Source: an uncultured archaeon | Lineage (GTDB): Archaea > Altiarchaeota > Altiarchaeia > IMC4 > SCGC-AAA252-I15 | Reading direction: 5' to 3' | Length of the DNA stretch: 59,292 bases | Assembly: GCA_902384455.1 (NCBI GenBank) | Contig: CABMCB010000068.1 | Location: 1-59,292, forward strand | Shown here: piece after piece, positions 10,026 through 19,949 of the stretch | Layout of the letters: each line of letters starts with the position of its first letter | Position numbering within the stretch: position 1 is the stretch's first letter | Program-made: the position numbers and the translations under genes | Notes under the pieces: model-generated | What the model saw: the letters and a program-made list of their open reading frames with translations, nothing else | Told to the model about the DNA's origin: nothing | The model's database searches: none

Positions 10026-11786
10026 TTATGCCGACGTGTTCAGGGAGTTCTGGACCACAATCGGCTGAGTAGTAAGTTTAACACTTACTTCAGCACTGTA
10101 GCTGAGGATATCCCCATTGATACTTACAGAAGCGTTTGTGAGGTCAGATACCCTGGCATCTGACAGGATAGTATCGTGAAACTCGGCAGCAGCTTTTGCC
10201 GACAAGAGACTCGAAGTACGGTATCCACGGAGGTCAGCCATTCCGTAGTGGGAATGAGATACCAACTCCCCTCTACGTACATTCAGCTTCAGGAACATGG
10301 CTTGTTTCATGTTCTGGATTCCAGAGACAAGCTTAATGTCCCCATTCTCGAAGATGATATCCCCGTTGGAGTCGAGAGCAAAGTCCGTTCCCAAAGCAGA
10401 ATCTACCGATTGGTTGCTCGGAGAAGACGACCCAAGAATCAGGTTTCCGGTCACTGTAGCCAGGAGAGTATTTGGGATAGCAATCGACTGTCCAGGGCCA
10501 AAAGTCTTATCTGGCTGCGGAACAAGGTCTGTAACGTATGGATAAGCCAAACCATTAAACTCGGCAATGGCTTTCCAATACTTACTATCCCCAAGAGTAG
10601 TCAAAGAAATACCTTCGATGGTATCCCCACTCTTGATGGTATAGTAGGTTGCAGACTGAACCGTATTGAGGTTGATGAACTGCAGAGCCGGGTCGTACAC
10701 GGTTGTCTGATTTACGAAGTCGGACTTCACGAAAGTCTTGACAAAGCTGTTTGGGTACAGGGCGTAAGCGTCGAGGATTTGAACTGCCTGGTTCAACAGG
10801 TTGTCAACGTAGGGGTCGTAAACGAACCCGGGCGTTTGCCCTGGGTTTGCTGCTGCATCAATCACAGAAATCTTGATGCTGTCCTGAACCCCGCCAAGGT
10901 ATGTTTTGATTTCCTCAATCTGAGAAAAAGGGTAGTTGATGACATTCGAACTGTTTGACAAGTACGAATTGACAGCAGTCTGAAGAGACGCCATCGGAGC
11001 AGTAAGGTTGGTAGTAAACAGCACAGTACTCAGGTGCATTTGATTCAAGAGACTGGTGATTCCCCCCGCATAGGCTGACATTGTAGTCATCAGCGTTGCG
11101 GCTTTGTCGTAAATCGAGCCGAGAGTATTCGTAACGTTTGCCCGGAAAGACTGCGGGTCCATAATGTCTTTAGAGGATGAAGCAGCACGACCAAGACAGG
11201 TAAAGGCCAGTTCGTACCGATACAGGAAGGGTGACCCCTTTGAACGACTGAGAGTGAACCAGTTTCCTGTAGGTTCGATGTTCCAGAATTCGTTATCTTT
11301 AGGGTTGTAGAACTGAAGTTTTGTCTTGGCGTTCTTAGCAGAGTCCGGAGTCATGATGGGATTCAGTCTGTCCAAGTACTTACGGAACATGTCCCGGAGC
11401 TGAAGGACAAGATATTGTCCCGAAGATGTCGGAGAAAGCTGATTACTTCCGAAAAGAGAGTTTCCCGTAGGACGTTGACCGAATGTTCCCGAGAGAGTAA
11501 TTTGAGTTAATCCTGGCCCAAAAGAATCGGAGAAAGCATCCCCGGCTGTGAGGATGACGGACGAGGTTGAGTGCTCGACTTGATTGAACCCTTCAGGAGG
11601 TACAGCCAGCGTAATTTCTTGAATGACGTTGCTGTTTTCGTCCAGAAGCACAAACGTATATCCGAGTGAAGCAAAGTTATTGCTTGGGAGCGGAAGTGGC
11701 GTAGAGGATTTATCTCGGCTCGGTTTCGGATACGAAACGTTTGCTGAGCCGGAGGTGTTGGGCTGTTGGGGTTGATTAGTAGCCAC
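10026..11786 (-). CDS. Baseplate protein: tube-initiator-like N-terminus + LysM + gp25/gpW-like domain
   Basis: LysM YTIKSGDTIEGISL...WKAIAEFNGL; C-terminal LGTDFAL...GDIKLVSGIQNMKQA...RGELVSHSHYG. Confidence 0.75.
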   Translation of the reverse strand: MATNQPQQPNTSGSANVSYPKPSRDKSSTPLPLPSNNFASLGYTFVLLDENSNVIQEITLAVPPEGFNQVEHSTSSVILTAGDAFSDSFGPGLTQITLSGTFGQRPTGNSLFGSNQLSPTSSGQYLVLQLRDMFRKYLDRLNPIMTPDSAKNAKTKLQFYNPKDNEFWNIEPTGNWFTLSRSKGSPFLYRYELAFTCLGRAASSSKDIMDPQSFRANVTNTLGSIYDKAATLMTTMSAYAGGITSLLNQMHLSTVLFTTNLTAPMASLQTAVNSYLSNSSNVINYPFSQIEEIKTYLGGVQDSIKISVIDAAANPGQTPGFVYDPYVDNLLNQAVQILDAYALYPNSFVKTFVKSDFVNQTTVYDPALQFINLNTVQSATYYTIKSGDTIEGISLTTLGDSKYWKAIAEFNGLAYPYVTDLVPQPDKTFGPGQSIAIPNTLLATVTGNLILGSSSPSNQSVDSALGTDFALDSNGDIIFENGDIKLVSGIQNMKQAMFLKLNVRRGELVSHSHYGMADLRGYRTSSLLSAKAAAEFHDTILSDARVSDLTNASVSINGDILSYSAEVSVKLTTQPIVVQNSLNTSA

Positions 11787-11787
11787 G

Positions 11788-12576
11788 TTATTTTACCTTT
11801 GCCACTGTTGTGTAAACACTACTTGGGGGGTTTGTGAACGAAGCAGCCGGGGTTCCTGACATTCCCGGGCCTCCCTGTACACCTGTATGAACGTGTGAAT
11901 TCAGTGCTGTAAGAAGCGTGTTTTCGATGTAGTTCTTGAAAGCATCCCCCATGATGGTAGGTTCAATAGACGAATCACTTCCGAGGTCAACCTCACCTCC
12001 GGAAATCTTACAGAGAATCACCCCACCAATCTTCACTGTAAGTGTACCTCCCGCCTTAACGTCAATCTCGGCGTTTCCATCTTTATCCACCCACCACTCA
12101 GTACCTTGGTGACGAGCCCATTTCATAGGGTAGTTTGCTGCAGTCTGTTTCGAATTTCCCCAAGGTGTGGGAGCCGGGCCAAGGATAATTGGGTTTAGTT
12201 GACTGCCATTCAAGAATCCCACAATCACAGGCTGTCCAACAACGTAGGGGGTTTCTTCGCAGTTTTGTACATCAGCCGGAGGAGTCTGCATGTCCGGATT
12301 GTTCGGTCCGTAGTTGGGGACCTTGAAAGTTTCGTTGTAATGTCCTCCAAGAGACATTGCTGGAACGTTTTGAATCCACTGTCCCAGAGGAGCAAGACGC
12401 ACCGTGTAAAGTGTATATACCCCAGAAGGAATGCCCCGGGTGTTGTCGATGGTGTAAACGTCTTCAACGATTCCGCTTCGAAGAATTTGCGGAACCTTAG
12501 CCATCTTGGCATTATTTTCAGCATCGACAACAGAAGCTTGTCGTCTGCCTCTTAAGGAAGTGTAAGCTCGTTTCAT
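11788..12576 (-). CDS. Baseplate central spike (P2 gpV/Mu gp45-like)
   Basis: VGQPVIVGFLNG...PIILG OB-fold motif and HVHTGV metal-binding tip. Confidence 0.85.
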   Translation of the reverse strand: MKRAYTSLRGRRQASVVDAENNAKMAKVPQILRSGIVEDVYTIDNTRGIPSGVYTLYTVRLAPLGQWIQNVPAMSLGGHYNETFKVPNYGPNNPDMQTPPADVQNCEETPYVVGQPVIVGFLNGSQLNPIILGPAPTPWGNSKQTAANYPMKWARHQGTEWWVDKDGNAEIDVKAGGTLTVKIGGVILCKISGGEVDLGSDSSIEPTIMGDAFKNYIENTLLTALNSHVHTGVQGGPGMSGTPAASFTNPPSSVYTTVAKVK

Positions 12577-14234
12577 AACTGGTTAAAGTACTCCTTATTA
12601 GACGCTTGGTCTAATCCAAGTTCCACTTCTCTTTGAGCTACTTTATTAAACCTTCCCAACTTAGTTTGATTGGTAAGCGCATCCGTGTAGTTCTCGGGGA
12701 AGTGTCCACGAGTAACGGAAATGGTAGTTGTCAAGCTATTTCCGAACTGCCAGTTTTGTTGAACACTTTCAATGTAAAACTCTTTGCCGGTTCTTTCACC
12801 TGCTCCGTTCAGCTCCACGAGTTTAGACCCGATGGTAATCCCGTCTTCCCCCACACCTACACGACCCTTGAGAGAGATTGTTCCTGTTTCGAAGTCTTCT
12901 CCGAAGGAAAACCACCGAAAGAGTTCCCGAGCCAGAGTAGCTTGGGCCTTAATCACATCCAAGGCGGCTGTCTGAGCCACGTTGTTTGAGTCAGTAATGA
13001 AATCCACGTACTTGGTTTTATCTACGGGAAATCTCTTCAATCCAAAGTTCTTCATGGATTCCACATCAAAAATCGGAACACGAGGCCTTCCAAGTTTTGC
13101 ACTGTCAGTTACTGCAGACAGAGCAGCTACCTGGATACTCCCCATGAGTACGTTTTCCATTTCACAGATGACTTGGTAATAGTTATAGATGTTATCTTCC
13201 GAAGTAGCTGTGTTCTGTGCAATCAGGTCCGCAGGAGAGAAGTAATGTTTGTTGAGATTTCTCCAAGCATCCTGAGAAAATGGGGATGTTCTCATGTAGA
13301 ACACATATGGTTGGTTTCCGTCCCCAGCTTGGGGGGGAATAATGTGCTCCTTCTCAACGTTATCCGCCGATTTGTCCTTTGTGGGTCGTCTAAGGTCCAC
13401 GAAGCATTCGTGAAATGGGGGGTCAGAATAAGACTTAGCAATGTCCCAGATGGAAATTTCTACACCTGCCCCCAATCCCGCCAGAATGTAGGGGTTAATC
13501 ATCTTGTTGCCTTTAAAGGCTGTCGAAATCCCCGAATTAAAGTCAATGAGGTCGTTAAGCTTGATTCCGATTGTTTTGTCGTATGCTACAGGCTCGTCCG
13601 AAGGAAGCCCCTTACTTCCTGAAGCCTGGCTTGAAGACTGCCGACCAAACGAAAACCCATAGTAAGGGCTTTCCTTTTTGGGGTCAGCCGCATTAAAGGT
13701 GTTCAGGAAAGCCTGCTCCAAGAAAGCTTTAATGAACTCCGCAGGGTTCTTAGAATTGAAAATTTTCTCCCCTTTTTCGGTTCCGTAAAACACCAAGCCA
13801 CCAAAAGCTGCTGAAAAGTCATCCCCCGTAACATAAGGGTTGAAGAACAGCTTATAGTTCTGAATGGCTTTGGTAAGGTCGAACCCTTCAATCGTCAATG
13901 TCCTGTTCGGTTTTCCCGTAGAGGTATCCACTTTAAAATCAATGAAGGCCCGAGACACAAAGCCAATCATTTCCGTCTTGTAATCTCCCGTAGTTTTGAA
14001 GGAGATTTGAACCAAGTCAAAAGGCTTGACAATGTCAGGGATGTATGAAGTCCCAATCGTATTGGTTTGAGACTTGGCAATTCGAGGAGAAAGAACAATA
14101 GTAAAGAATCCGGAAGAGTTCGCCAAGTCTTTCTGGGTGGTCACTTGAAGAATATCCGCATTGACGGAATCATAAACCAGATTACCGTCCTTAGTAATTA
14201 CTCGAATTTGTGCATGAGTTCTGAGGTTTTTCAT
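12573..14234 (-). CDS. Baseplate hub protein
   Basis: Between tape measure and spike; C-terminal EFYIESVQQNW...TTISVTRG. Confidence 0.75.
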   Translation of the reverse strand: MKNLRTHAQIRVITKDGNLVYDSVNADILQVTTQKDLANSSGFFTIVLSPRIAKSQTNTIGTSYIPDIVKPFDLVQISFKTTGDYKTEMIGFVSRAFIDFKVDTSTGKPNRTLTIEGFDLTKAIQNYKLFFNPYVTGDDFSAAFGGLVFYGTEKGEKIFNSKNPAEFIKAFLEQAFLNTFNAADPKKESPYYGFSFGRQSSSQASGSKGLPSDEPVAYDKTIGIKLNDLIDFNSGISTAFKGNKMINPYILAGLGAGVEISIWDIAKSYSDPPFHECFVDLRRPTKDKSADNVEKEHIIPPQAGDGNQPYVFYMRTSPFSQDAWRNLNKHYFSPADLIAQNTATSEDNIYNYYQVICEMENVLMGSIQVAALSAVTDSAKLGRPRVPIFDVESMKNFGLKRFPVDKTKYVDFITDSNNVAQTAALDVIKAQATLARELFRWFSFGEDFETGTISLKGRVGVGEDGITIGSKLVELNGAGERTGKEFYIESVQQNWQFGNSLTTTISVTRGHFPENYTDALTNQTKLGRFNKVAQREVELGLDQASNKEYFNQL

Positions 14235-14237
14235 TCT

Positions 14238-15890
14238 TTAAAGGCCTTCAGCGGCTCTTTCGTCGCTGCTGGGCAACCCAAACAACGAGTTTGGTGCCTG
14301 CAAACACGTGTTAGAGAGAATCTGTGCAGCTCGTCCCACCTGTTGCATGTAAGCATGGAACGTACCGATATCCCCGCTGATTTGCGAAGCAGCTCTTCCA
14401 CCAGAGGTGTCTGCCATTCCGACTGCTCGGGCTCTTGGGGTCATTCCCACCTGGTTAAAGTTCTTGGGAATCTTTTCGCCCCTCTTGTAAATAACTCTTC
14501 CATCCCGGGTTACGTCGTTAGCGAAAGTACCCAGCATGTACTCGTGAGCTTGTACAAGGTTCTTCTCTACCCCTCCCGGCATCATCGAAGCCAATGCCAT
14601 AACTCCCTGCCGGTTCTTGGGGAGATTTTTAGAAATGGAAGACAGCATTTCCGGAGTAAGCCCCTGTGCCTGAGTCATCATGGCATCGTAGAGGTTTCCT
14701 TTAAATCCGGCAGCTCTCAGCATGAACAGCTTTCCAGCGATTCCTCCTCCAGGATTAGTAATGGCTTCCTGGAGATTTTGAGCGAACGTACCCCCACGAA
14801 CCCCTTGGAGAGCTGCACTCCCTGTCGAGTTAATTTCCTTAATGGTTTTACGGAAGGACTCAGGGTCTGTATTTCCGGCTGTTCTTTGTGCCGCTTCATT
14901 CAGTTCACGGATAGTATCCATGTACTCTCCGGCACGAAGACCAGTCATCCCCATTTCAAACGCATCGGCAAAAACTCTTGTTAAGTCGATGGCTGTAGGG
15001 TTTGTACCTCCCCGAACACCCGTACTCTTATATCCCTTAATTTGCTCCATGCTGTAGCCCATACGTGTCATAGCGAGAGCGTTGGCAGCTTCATCAAAAG
15101 TCGTAGTTCCGCCCGTTTCCCTCAGGCTGTAGAGAGCACGAAGTCTCTCAGAGGGGTCAAAGGACTTATCAATCCCCTGAACCCACAGGTTCTTCTTCAT
15201 TTCTTTGTCCAACTCGTCTCGCTGTAACTTGTAAGTATACAGACCGTAGGGAGTACCCTTCGGGTATTGGGGAGTTCTTTGTGTAGTGTCAATGCCGCCC
15301 CACTCCCCAGGAGTTCCAAGCAAAGAAAGGTTAGCCAGGGTTCTGTTGGACTTCCAGCCTTTCTTGGCGTTTTCGTATGCCGAGGAGATTGTTGTAGTTA
15401 TAATAGCAGTCGTAAGGGCATTCACACCCCGAAGGGCAGCCATCCTGAGCCCACTCGGCTGTTCGGGTTCGGTATCTCCCAGCTTCCAACCACTTGCTGC
15501 ATCGTGAGCTTGCCTTGTTGCTCCCCGAAGAACATTCTGAGTACCCCGAAGCTTGTTCTCAGCCTCACGAGTTTTGGAAAGAGTCTGGTACTCAGGCGTT
15601 CCAGCAATAGGTCTTTCCTTAGCAAGCTTTTGTCTTTGGGCTGTGATGGACTTGAGGGTACGCTCTGTCTTTTCGAGAAGGTCCAAGCTCTTCTGTTCAA
15701 GTGTGATTTGCTTCTGAATCCACTTGTGGGCCTCTTTAATCTCACGAGACGAGAACTTCTCCCCACGGTTAATCTTTTCCTTAAAAAAGGAAATCTGACC
15801 GAGAGTCTTAGTAGTCTCTCGGTACATTTTGAGTAACTGGGACGTATCCTGTTTAATATCGAGGCTTACGCCGCTTCCACCTTCAGCCAT
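14238..15890 (-). CDS. Tail tape measure protein
   Basis: 550 aa helical protein directly after the chaperone pair. Confidence 0.7.
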   Translation of the reverse strand: MAEGGSGVSLDIKQDTSQLLKMYRETTKTLGQISFFKEKINRGEKFSSREIKEAHKWIQKQITLEQKSLDLLEKTERTLKSITAQRQKLAKERPIAGTPEYQTLSKTREAENKLRGTQNVLRGATRQAHDAASGWKLGDTEPEQPSGLRMAALRGVNALTTAIITTTISSAYENAKKGWKSNRTLANLSLLGTPGEWGGIDTTQRTPQYPKGTPYGLYTYKLQRDELDKEMKKNLWVQGIDKSFDPSERLRALYSLRETGGTTTFDEAANALAMTRMGYSMEQIKGYKSTGVRGGTNPTAIDLTRVFADAFEMGMTGLRAGEYMDTIRELNEAAQRTAGNTDPESFRKTIKEINSTGSAALQGVRGGTFAQNLQEAITNPGGGIAGKLFMLRAAGFKGNLYDAMMTQAQGLTPEMLSSISKNLPKNRQGVMALASMMPGGVEKNLVQAHEYMLGTFANDVTRDGRVIYKRGEKIPKNFNQVGMTPRARAVGMADTSGGRAASQISGDIGTFHAYMQQVGRAAQILSNTCLQAPNSLFGLPSSDERAAEGL

Positions 15891-15912
15891 GAAAAACCTC
15901 TTAGAAAGAAAC

Positions 15913-16239
15913 TTACCGAGTTTCCTTCTCCACTACTTCAAAGTCCTCTTGTACGGGCTTAGAGAAGATTTCTCTCAGGCGGGCTTCGATTTCCGCCTGT
16001 TCTTCCTTCTCCATCCACTCGTTATCGGCTGCTCGGTCGATTTCGAGCTCTTCAAGAGTCAATTCGGGATTCTCGGTCAGCCTTTCGACCAACCAGTCTT
16101 CCTGAATCTCTTCGTAGGTAACATCCAGAAATCTGGAGTCTTTCGGAGAAAGGTTGTACTTTTTCCGAAACCAGATAACCAGAGAGCTCTCAGCCCCCTC
16201 CTTAGCCTTAGAGAATAAGGCCGAGAGGGGTTTTGCGAA
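15913..16239 (-). CDS. Tail assembly chaperone +1 frameshift extension (G-T type)
   Basis: Open +1 frame from TCC TTT TTT CGC to TAA 15913, encoding WFRKKYNLSPKDSRFLDVTYEEI; no start codon near its 5' end. Confidence 0.75.
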   Translation of the reverse strand, partial: FAKPLSALFSKAKEGAESSLVIWFRKKYNLSPKDSRFLDVTYEEIQEDWLVERLTENPELTLEELEIDRAADNEWMEKEEQAEIEARLREIFSKPVQEDFEVVEKETR

Positions 16240-16654
16240 AAAAGGAATTGTATGAGCTTACCGCTGTGTAGAGCCCGATAATGAGCTGGGTATCGGTCAC
16301 GTCCAGCAGGTCAAGCTTCAGGTTTTCAAAGCCAACCTGAATGGTAGCCAGCATGTTGTTGAGGGTGGTTGTCTGTTCGTCAACGTTCGTAGAGCCGCCG
16401 TTCAGGGACGTGAGGATATTCCCACGGCGAACCAAGTCACCCATCTTCAGCCGCTTGAGCTGCAGGATGGCTTTGCACTCTTCATGATTGACATCGACAG
16501 TGCCGTTGTTGTAACGCAGAAAGCCAAAGGGAGAGAGAATGTCGACCATTTTCTGGTCAGGGGTCTTCTCAACCTTCGGCTCTACAGCCGGGGGCGGCAC
16601 TTGGAGAGGATTCTCGCCGCCCGGATTTACTACTTCAGTTGTACCGACTTCCAT
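16208..16654 (-). CDS. Tail assembly chaperone
   Basis: Between tube and tape measure; ends YNSFFRK at the slippery site. Confidence 0.8.
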   Translation of the reverse strand: MEVGTTEVVNPGGENPLQVPPPAVEPKVEKTPDQKMVDILSPFGFLRYNNGTVDVNHEECKAILQLKRLKMGDLVRRGNILTSLNGGSTNVDEQTTTLNNMLATIQVGFENLKLDLLDVTDTQLIIGLYTAVSSYNSFFRKTPLGLIL

Positions 16655-16678
16655 GGTTTACTACTCCGTTAAAAGTTT

Positions 16679-17137
16679 TTACGCTGGGTTTCCGCTCCCC
16701 GGCGTTGTACCGCCGTTGGCCTCACTCACGTCAAGCACACGCTTGCAGACGAAGGTGAGGTTATTTGCAACAACCTGCCCAGCGCGGACATCGAAGTTGT
16801 TGCCGTTTGGCTTGATACCTTCAACACGAGCCACAAGCTGGCCCGTGAGCACGTCGTACAGTTCTGCCACCAGCTCAGGCTGGGTCAGGATAGACAGAAG
16901 GTCAACGTGAGGGAAAATCCCCTGCTGTGTGGGGGAGTTTCCGATGACCTTCATGGTATCGGCTGTGAGGGAGCAATCGTAAGACACCTCGCAGAACTCC
17001 TCCACCTCAAGCAAGTCCAGCACGTGGACCGGCTCGTAGTTGATGGTTTGGTTCACGGAGACGCCTGTAGCCAAGGCAATCTTCTTGCCGTTAATCTTGA
17101 AGATGGCTCGGGCCCCTGTATAGGTTTGCGTAGGCAT
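16679..17137 (-). CDS. Tail tube protein
   Basis: 152 aa right after sheath; YTGARAIFKING...YEPVHVL. Confidence 0.85.
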   Translation of the reverse strand: MPTQTYTGARAIFKINGKKIALATGVSVNQTINYEPVHVLDLLEVEEFCEVSYDCSLTADTMKVIGNSPTQQGIFPHVDLLSILTQPELVAELYDVLTGQLVARVEGIKPNGNNFDVRAGQVVANNLTFVCKRVLDVSEANGGTTPGSGNPA

Positions 17138-17156
17138 TTACGTTCTCCTGTTTTTG

Positions 17157-19007
17157 TTAAGCAGTAGCTACCTGTTGCACGGGATTCAGGTTGATGGTGT
17201 GGAAGATGAAGTTGATGGAGCCGATTGGCCGGATACCATACCGCAGGCGGACGATGTCGCCGCTGATGGACACGTTGTCCACCACGATGGCAGGCAAAGT
17301 CACCTTCTGGTTATTCACCAGTTGGGTTCCCTTGATGATGATGTTTGCAGCTTCCAGGAGCTTAGCGTAGGCCAAAAGCTCACCCATGATGGAGTCAGCA
17401 GTGCTTCCGGCTTCAGTGAACAGCGTCCGGGCTCCCAGGAACTTCTGTTCGATGTCCTGGCGGATGGAGTACACGGCGTAGTTCGTAGCCGACCGGATAC
17501 CAGGCTCGGTATTGTAGTCGTTACCGTCCTGGGTATAGGTCGTCAAGGCGCGAACAACGTTCCAGCTCTTGGTTGCGTCGTTGAACTTCATGAACGAGAA
17601 CCGAGCCAGAATCATGGCATCTGCGTTGACCGCAGGGTCCAACATGTCGGTTCCGCCAACGATATCAGGTACGTGAATGGCCTGCAAGACATCGAGGGAC
17701 TTATTAACGAACGATGTTCCTGGAGGTGTTCCGCCCTGGAATCCAGCAGCCATGCAGGCCGACATCCACGAATCGTATTGAGTGGGTGCTCCCAGGTCGT
17801 TTGGAATCAGAACAGCATCACTCCAGAAGTTCACGTTCGGGTTGTTGAATGCGTTAACAATCGCCTGAAGATTGTCAAACGTAGGGGCTGGAGAAGGTGT
17901 GTTCAGGATGTTGGTGCCTACGTGACCGTGGCACTCGTTGACACCCTGCAACGAACTCAGCCAAGGTCCGAAGACCGCAGCCAGGCCGTTGGCAATGGTC
18001 ACGGAAGTTGCCAGAGAAACGAAGTTGATACGGTAGGCCTGGAGAGCTGTCAGGCAGGCCTGGTAGTCCGCGTTTGTCGGAGAGGTTGTAGACCCGCCCG
18101 AGAAGTAAACCGGGGTAGCGTACACCTTCGGAGGAAGCTGTCCGTCTGGGCTTGCTGCACGTGCTGCCGTCACAATGGACGACCCGTTGTTGAGGGCGTT
18201 CACCGCAGCGAACAGTACCCCGTATAGGTAGTTCCCGTTACCGCTGTTGATGATGTCAACGTTGGACATGTAGTCCATGTCAACACCGTTGTAGGTCGAA
18301 GGGCTGCTCAGAGACGTGGACGCCTGGTAGTTCGTGAACGTGTTGATGTAGTCAACCAAGTTCTGAACGGTCGGGAAGGATGCGAATGGAGCACTGATGT
18401 TCTGGTCTGTTCCCGCGCCAGTACCGAGAGTGGTTGTCAGGCCCGAAGAGGTAACTGTCACAACGGCTGTAGCAGCCCCACCCGAATACGTAATCTTGAT
18501 TACGGGGTCCTTGCCGATGTTGTTGTACTGCTCCAGAGCACCGTTGTAGGCCAGCGTGATGTTGATGGCTGGAGTAGTAGGGTACTGGGTAGAAGCCTTC
18601 ACCATTGCATTGATGAGGTTGTTCTGGGTACCGTAGTCCTTGGAAGTCATGACCAAAGAATCCACGGAGTTAGCATCCTGGAGGGTCAAAGCCGACTGAG
18701 TGGCCTGGTCGGCACGAACTACGTACACCAACTGAGGGCGAACGAAGTTGCCTTCGACCTGCTGTGTGGAGGGGCTGAAAGCTCTACGAGCTCCGTCATA
18801 GGCGGGGCCACTTCCCAGAGCTCCCTTAAGCTGTCCAGGAGAGGAGAACACGGTCGGAACCTTGGGCTGGCCGCTCGTGCAGGAACCAACGATGGCAACA
18901 ATCCCGCTGTATCCGAGCTGGGTGTTGTTCAACGCCGAAGCGATGATTTGGGAAGCAGACCCTGGCTGGATGTACTGCTTGCCGTTGAAGTTTGCGGACA
19001 CCGTCAT
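17157..19007 (-). CDS. Tail sheath protein
   Basis: 616 aa; FNGKQYIQPG, GQPKVP, SKDYG, RALTTY and PIGSINFI motifs. Confidence 0.92.
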   Translation of the reverse strand: MTVSANFNGKQYIQPGSASQIIASALNNTQLGYSGIVAIVGSCTSGQPKVPTVFSSPGQLKGALGSGPAYDGARRAFSPSTQQVEGNFVRPQLVYVVRADQATQSALTLQDANSVDSLVMTSKDYGTQNNLINAMVKASTQYPTTPAINITLAYNGALEQYNNIGKDPVIKITYSGGAATAVVTVTSSGLTTTLGTGAGTDQNISAPFASFPTVQNLVDYINTFTNYQASTSLSSPSTYNGVDMDYMSNVDIINSGNGNYLYGVLFAAVNALNNGSSIVTAARAASPDGQLPPKVYATPVYFSGGSTTSPTNADYQACLTALQAYRINFVSLATSVTIANGLAAVFGPWLSSLQGVNECHGHVGTNILNTPSPAPTFDNLQAIVNAFNNPNVNFWSDAVLIPNDLGAPTQYDSWMSACMAAGFQGGTPPGTSFVNKSLDVLQAIHVPDIVGGTDMLDPAVNADAMILARFSFMKFNDATKSWNVVRALTTYTQDGNDYNTEPGIRSATNYAVYSIRQDIEQKFLGARTLFTEAGSTADSIMGELLAYAKLLEAANIIIKGTQLVNNQKVTLPAIVVDNVSISGDIVRLRYGIRPIGSINFIFHTINLNPVQQVATA

Positions 19008-19021
19008 TGTTTACTTCTCCT

Positions 19022-19213
19022 TTAGCTTTTACGGGAGTAAAACTCAGCGCGTTTCGCATCCCACTCGGCAACAGTTTTTCTGGCAAAGCGGTCATCGCTG
19101 GAGAGGGTTTGCTTAAAAACCATGGTATCCAAGCGAGTCAAGCCTTTGGAGCTGCAATACTCGGAAACTGACAACTTGGACCCCGGAGGGGTTGTATCTT
19201 GCGTCTTTGCCAT
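19022..19213 (-). CDS. Small hypothetical protein preceding sheath
   Basis: 63 aa, AAAGGA RBS, late-type motif upstream. Confidence 0.65.
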   Translation of the reverse strand: MAKTQDTTPPGSKLSVSEYCSSKGLTRLDTMVFKQTLSSDDRFARKTVAEWDAKRAEFYSRKS

Positions 19214-19268
19214 GGGTTTAATTTCCTTTAACTCTTAAAAGCCCAAAATTTAGTGGGCTTTCCCCCAT

Positions 19269-19949
19269 TTATTCAGTATTTCCGCCCAAAACCTCGTCTT
19301 CTTGTGGTAGGTCGTGTACCTCTGTCGGCCAGGCAGAAATAACCTCCCGAATCGTAATGGATTGGGGCGACGGAGGCAGGATTGGGGTATCCACGGTGTT
19401 GTAGATACGGCAGTCCATGATGAATTCGCGGTTGAAAATTAAGGTAGGCTGGGTAGGGGTATACGCCAGCTCCCTGCCACTGAATTTGGAAGCTTTAATC
19501 CCAGCAGTCTCCAGGGTTGTACGGTTCTTAAGCATCATCCACTTGAGGATGTTGTAAAGAACCAGCGTCTGCCGAGCTTTTTGAGCCCGGATGATAACGG
19601 AAATACGGCATGCCCAGTCACTACCTTGGGATTGGTAAGGCTGGGTATTCGGGATATTTGCAGCCGCCTCAACAATGTCATTGAGGTACATCTTCCCATC
19701 GGAAGGGTCTTCACCTTCTGCAGCCAAGACGATATTGAAGGCCGGAAGCTGGGCAGGGTCAAAGTAATAGGAGAAGATTGTCTGAGGCTTGAACGCAGGG
19801 TCTGTAATGTATGCCACAGTCTCTGCGATGTACTCCGGAGGAAAGGCAGCCAGAATTAAGGGGACCTGGGCAGCAGCGTTTGCCAGCAGGTCCACGAACC
19901 CGTCGTTGATGATTTTCTCGATGGTTACTTCTGGCGCGCTTACAGCCAT
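19269..19949 (-). CDS. Tail completion/terminator-like protein
   Basis: Synteny between neck and sheath. Confidence 0.55.
   Translation of the reverse strand: MAVSAPEVTIEKIINDGFVDLLANAAAQVPLILAAFPPEYIAETVAYITDPAFKPQTIFSYYFDPAQLPAFNIVLAAEGEDPSDGKMYLNDIVEAAANIPNTQPYQSQGSDWACRISVIIRAQKARQTLVLYNILKWMMLKNRTTLETAGIKASKFSGRELAYTPTQPTLIFNREFIMDCRIYNTVDTPILPPSPQSITIREVISAWPTEVHDLPQEDEVLGGNTE

Noticed and set aside
17154-18227. 357-aa plus-strand ORF (likewise 10176-10958, 14067-14984, 27200-28030)
   Set aside because: Antisense to well-supported structural genes
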